This document shows, piece after piece, positions 60,930-64,000 of a DNA stretch of 64,000 nt. Under the pieces are notes generated by a model that worked only from the letters and a program-made list of their open reading frames with translations, had not been told where the DNA came from and ran no database searches. Both the position numbers and the translations under genes were made by a program. Each line of letters opens with the position of its first letter. Position 1 is the first letter of the stretch. This stretch comes from Antedon mediterranea. Lineage: Eukaryota; Animalia; Echinodermata. Location of the stretch: positions 19,465,648 through 19,529,647 of the forward strand of contig NC_092673.1 in NCBI RefSeq assembly GCF_964355755.1, read 5' to 3'.

Positions 60930-63900
60930 GTTTGAATAGTAAAAATAAAGAGGCAAAATACCCTGGAACTGGAAGTACTTTGGAAAGTCTTCCAATTTTA
61001 TTTTACTTGAGAGAACCAGTTAATTATATAGTTTGTTAATTAATTTATGATTTTGATGTGCAGAATTACAAAACTAAACACATGGAAATGAGACCAGGTA
61101 AACGGAAGTAAATAATTAAATCCTTGCACCCTCTAATCCTTACCATACTAGACATAGACACAACTTTTGTTGAATCCCACTGTGCTACTAAACACCACTT
61201 CTCTAGCCCTGTTCCATATTTGAAACAAACAATGCTTAAATCTAAATTAATGTTTGATGAATTGTTTATACAGTACTCAATTATATTTTTTATGAATACA
61301 TTTTATGATGTCTGTTTGTTGAAATGATTTGAAATGTTTTTTTCACTTTTACTAACAATTTTGTAAATTAAAACTCAATTCAGTGTTTATGCTGCTATTT
61401 AATGTTTATATATTTTTAATAAATACTAATGAATGAAAAACTTATTTGTTTATTTTTAAGGATAGTGTTTTTTGAAGGTGTAGATTTTAACATCGAGGAG
61501 AGCTTTATATCAAAATGTACGTGCTTAGCTATTGTTAAAAATTCATTGTATATTATAGGAATAATATCCATTTCACCAATGTTCGATTTTACACAGCTAT
61601 AATGTGTTACGTACACAAATGGTGATTGCGCCCTCTATAAAAAATAAAGTTTATTCACTCCAACAAACCACTGTACTCTCGCATCGCAACATGTTATCCT
61701 CCTAAAAGAATGTCAACACACAAGAAGTAAGTTTTTGTTTCATTTTTGGCATACCATATCATATACGGAATTCTTTATACTGCATTATTTTAATGGCAGA
61801 TCTTTCTTCTTTTATTTTTTTTGGATCTTATATTCGTATCCTAGGCTAGGCCTAGCCTAATACTACTCTAGCCTATATTATTAGGCTAGGCCTAGGCCTA
61901 GGCCTACTACCTCTAGCCATGCTCTAGCTAACAAAGGCCTACTACTACTAGCCTAGGCTTTTAACCCTAGCTAGGCCTACTACTTGATAGTACTATAGTA
62001 GGCCTAGTAGAGTAGTAGGCATGGAGGAAGTCTCCGCAACTTGTTGTTAGTTAAGAGATAACAGACGTCAACTGCATTGGATTGGATTGGTCCTCAGACG
62101 AAGCAGGTCAAGTCGGCCCTAAACCGTCTCGGCCAAAGTCAAGTCGGCCCCACGTCAAGTCGGCCCCAAGTCAACTCGGCCTCACGTCAACTCGGCCTCA
62201 CGTCAACTCGGCCTCACGTCAACTCGGCCTCACGTCAACTCGGCCTCACGTCAACTCGGCCAAAAACTAATCGGTCAACTCGGCCACAATAAAGTATGGA
62301 ACGCAAAAAGTGCTTAATATTATTATAATTCTTACTAGCCTATCCACGCTTTAAAAAAAATTAGAAAAAAAAATTAAATAATATATAAAAAAATGAACTC
62401 ATTGCCGATATGAATATAAGTACCCGCGTGTTACAAAAACACGTGCAGGTACCGCATTTTAGTAAATCGAACACGGAGGCCTACGTTCCACCATTTGGCC
62501 ATAGAAAAAATGATCGTACATATCGTTTTTGTCCATGATTTGCTTTTTAAAAAAAGGGGAATCCCCCGGTCAGTGAAAACACGTAACAGTTGTAGATATC
62601 GAAAAAGCTGCCAAAGGCGCAGGGAGGCGCAGCTACGAATTGTTTTCAATTGTGCAATTTGAAATTTTATTAAACGTAAATAAAGAAAAGTTGGTGAAAT
62701 CATTCCTACTTTTTTTGCTAAATATATTATTGTCTAAATATTAATATTCATTAAAAGTCAGAATTATTTATAGTTAAAAAATTGTGAAGAAATATTATTT
62801 TATCAATCCCCTTCATTTGCACTTTTTGCGTTCCATATTTTAACGGGGCCGAGTTGACCGATTATTTTTTGGCCGAGTTGACGTGAGGCCGAGTTGACTT
62901 GAGGCCGAGTTGACTTGGGGCCGACTTGACTTTGGCCGAGACGGTTTAGGGCCGACTTGGATCGAAATCACGATGAGGAAGCTTTAACGTTCATGCTCGA
63001 CTCATTGAGGAGATCAGGGTTAACATTTTTTTTAAAAGCCACAAAAAAAGTAGAACAAAAGCAGAGAGTCGACCCTGCAACCCCTGCCTCTGGGGCTATA
63101 CCCTTATCAATACACCAAGCCATCCATCTCGTTGGTCGAATCGGGTTTTACTTTGTATATGAATGGAGAAAAAATATATTATATGTAAGCTTTTTAACCA
63201 ACCAATCAGAACTTAGTTGACGTCGTTTCTATACTTGTGTAACCACATAACAAACAGGCCTTCCATTGGGTTTCCCTGATCTCACAACAAGCATTCAAAC
63301 ATGGTGTTGTGGTCTTTCATTTTCAAAAAACACAGTGTGGTGGTCTTTCATTTTCAGAAAACACATTGTGGTGGTCTTTCATTTTCAGAAAACACATTGT
63401 GGTGGTCTGTTGTTTTCATGATACATCAAATAACTACAATGCACTGTAAAGTTTGACGAGATGCGTAAAAAACTACTGAACTTTTCTGTTTAATACTGAA
63501 ATTTATTTTAACAATTTCAGAACTTGCAATGCACATAGAGTATGATGATGGACCTATCTAATTATAGTCCATGGTATGATAAAGAAATTGGTACACTATT
63601 TAAAAAGTGTAATAAGGGATCATCTCACAGTGTGTTGATTGACTTGGTGCTGTGTAAACCATGCACTGTGGCTGCTGTGAGTACAGTATAATGCCATATC
63701 TGAATTTCCTCAACTCAGAGGATGAATGCCACTATACATTTATGATGCAGTATTTGTCACAATTGTGTGCATTAACTATTATTACATTATCAGATTTGTG
63801 ATTTGTGATAGTATGTGTACTGACAAGTATCTGCCATTTAATAGTATTAATTGTGTGGTAAAATTGTCAACTAGATGCTGTCCTACAATTACCTCATCCT

Positions 63901-64000
63901 TTGGAAGGAACATAAAGTTGTGAACAACATAAATACACATTTTATATGTGAAGTCGGCTATATTGTTTGAAGGTTTTCATGGTGAAATCAAATGTTGATA
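60930..64000 (+). repeat. Segmental paralog of the gene A-gene B intergenic region (20860-27940)
   Basis: Colinear matches, e.g. 20863/60941 AAAAATAAAGAGGCAAAATACCCTGGAAC, 25065/63088 CTCTGGGGCTATA, 27880/63900 TTTGGAAGGAACATAAAGTTGTGAACAAC. Confidence 0.92.
62109..62959. mobile_element. MITE with TIRs built from 16-bp subrepeats
   Basis: CAAGTCGGCCCTAAACCGTCTCGGCCAAAG.. at 62109 is inverted at 62845-62959; GTCAACTCGGCCTCAC repeats; absent from the paralogous site near 25045. Confidence 0.8.

Larger units (their letters stand above)
56601..61259. repeat. Direct tandem duplication of about 2.3 kb (56601-58910, 58911-61259)
   Basis: Near-identical sequence and duplicated ORF calls at offset 2310; AATT at the junctions. 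Confidence 0.95.

Noticed and set aside
62077-62292. Short repetitive ORFs
   Set aside because: Produced by the 16-bp subrepeats of a MITE terminal repeat.

Overview
AT-rich, intron- and repeat-rich eukaryotic genomic DNA, most consistent with a marine invertebrate (the organism cannot be fixed from the sequence). The window holds about 1.5 units of a roughly 40-kb tandem array of + strand multi-exon genes encoding Roco-type (Roc GTPase-COR) proteins fused to tandem death-effector-domain (DED)-like modules. Gene A (5' end outside the window, stop at about 19021) reads Roc-COR, basic NLS-like micro-exons, DED-DED. Gene B (32907-53634, 20 coding exons, 1140 aa by manual splicing) reads DED-DED, Roc-COR, DED-DED, two C-terminal transmembrane helices. 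The Roc-COR exons are clearly paralogous, but the 3' modules are unrelated phase-1 exon cassettes lying between homologous flanks. The last 3 kb repeats the region upstream of gene B, which predicts a third paralog beyond the window. Both genes share non-canonical GTPase motifs (G3 WDHGGQ, G4 VGTHKG lacking the Asp). Introns and intergenic DNA contain a young Gypsy LTR retrotransposon, a 3-kb nested-palindrome Foldback element, a hAT element, a decayed Academ-like element, Penelope fragments with hammerhead ribozymes, Helitron/HINE-like elements, several minisatellites and a 2.3-kb tandem duplication. All gene models come from manual splice-site and reading-frame inspection, and domain names come from motif recognition, not database searches.
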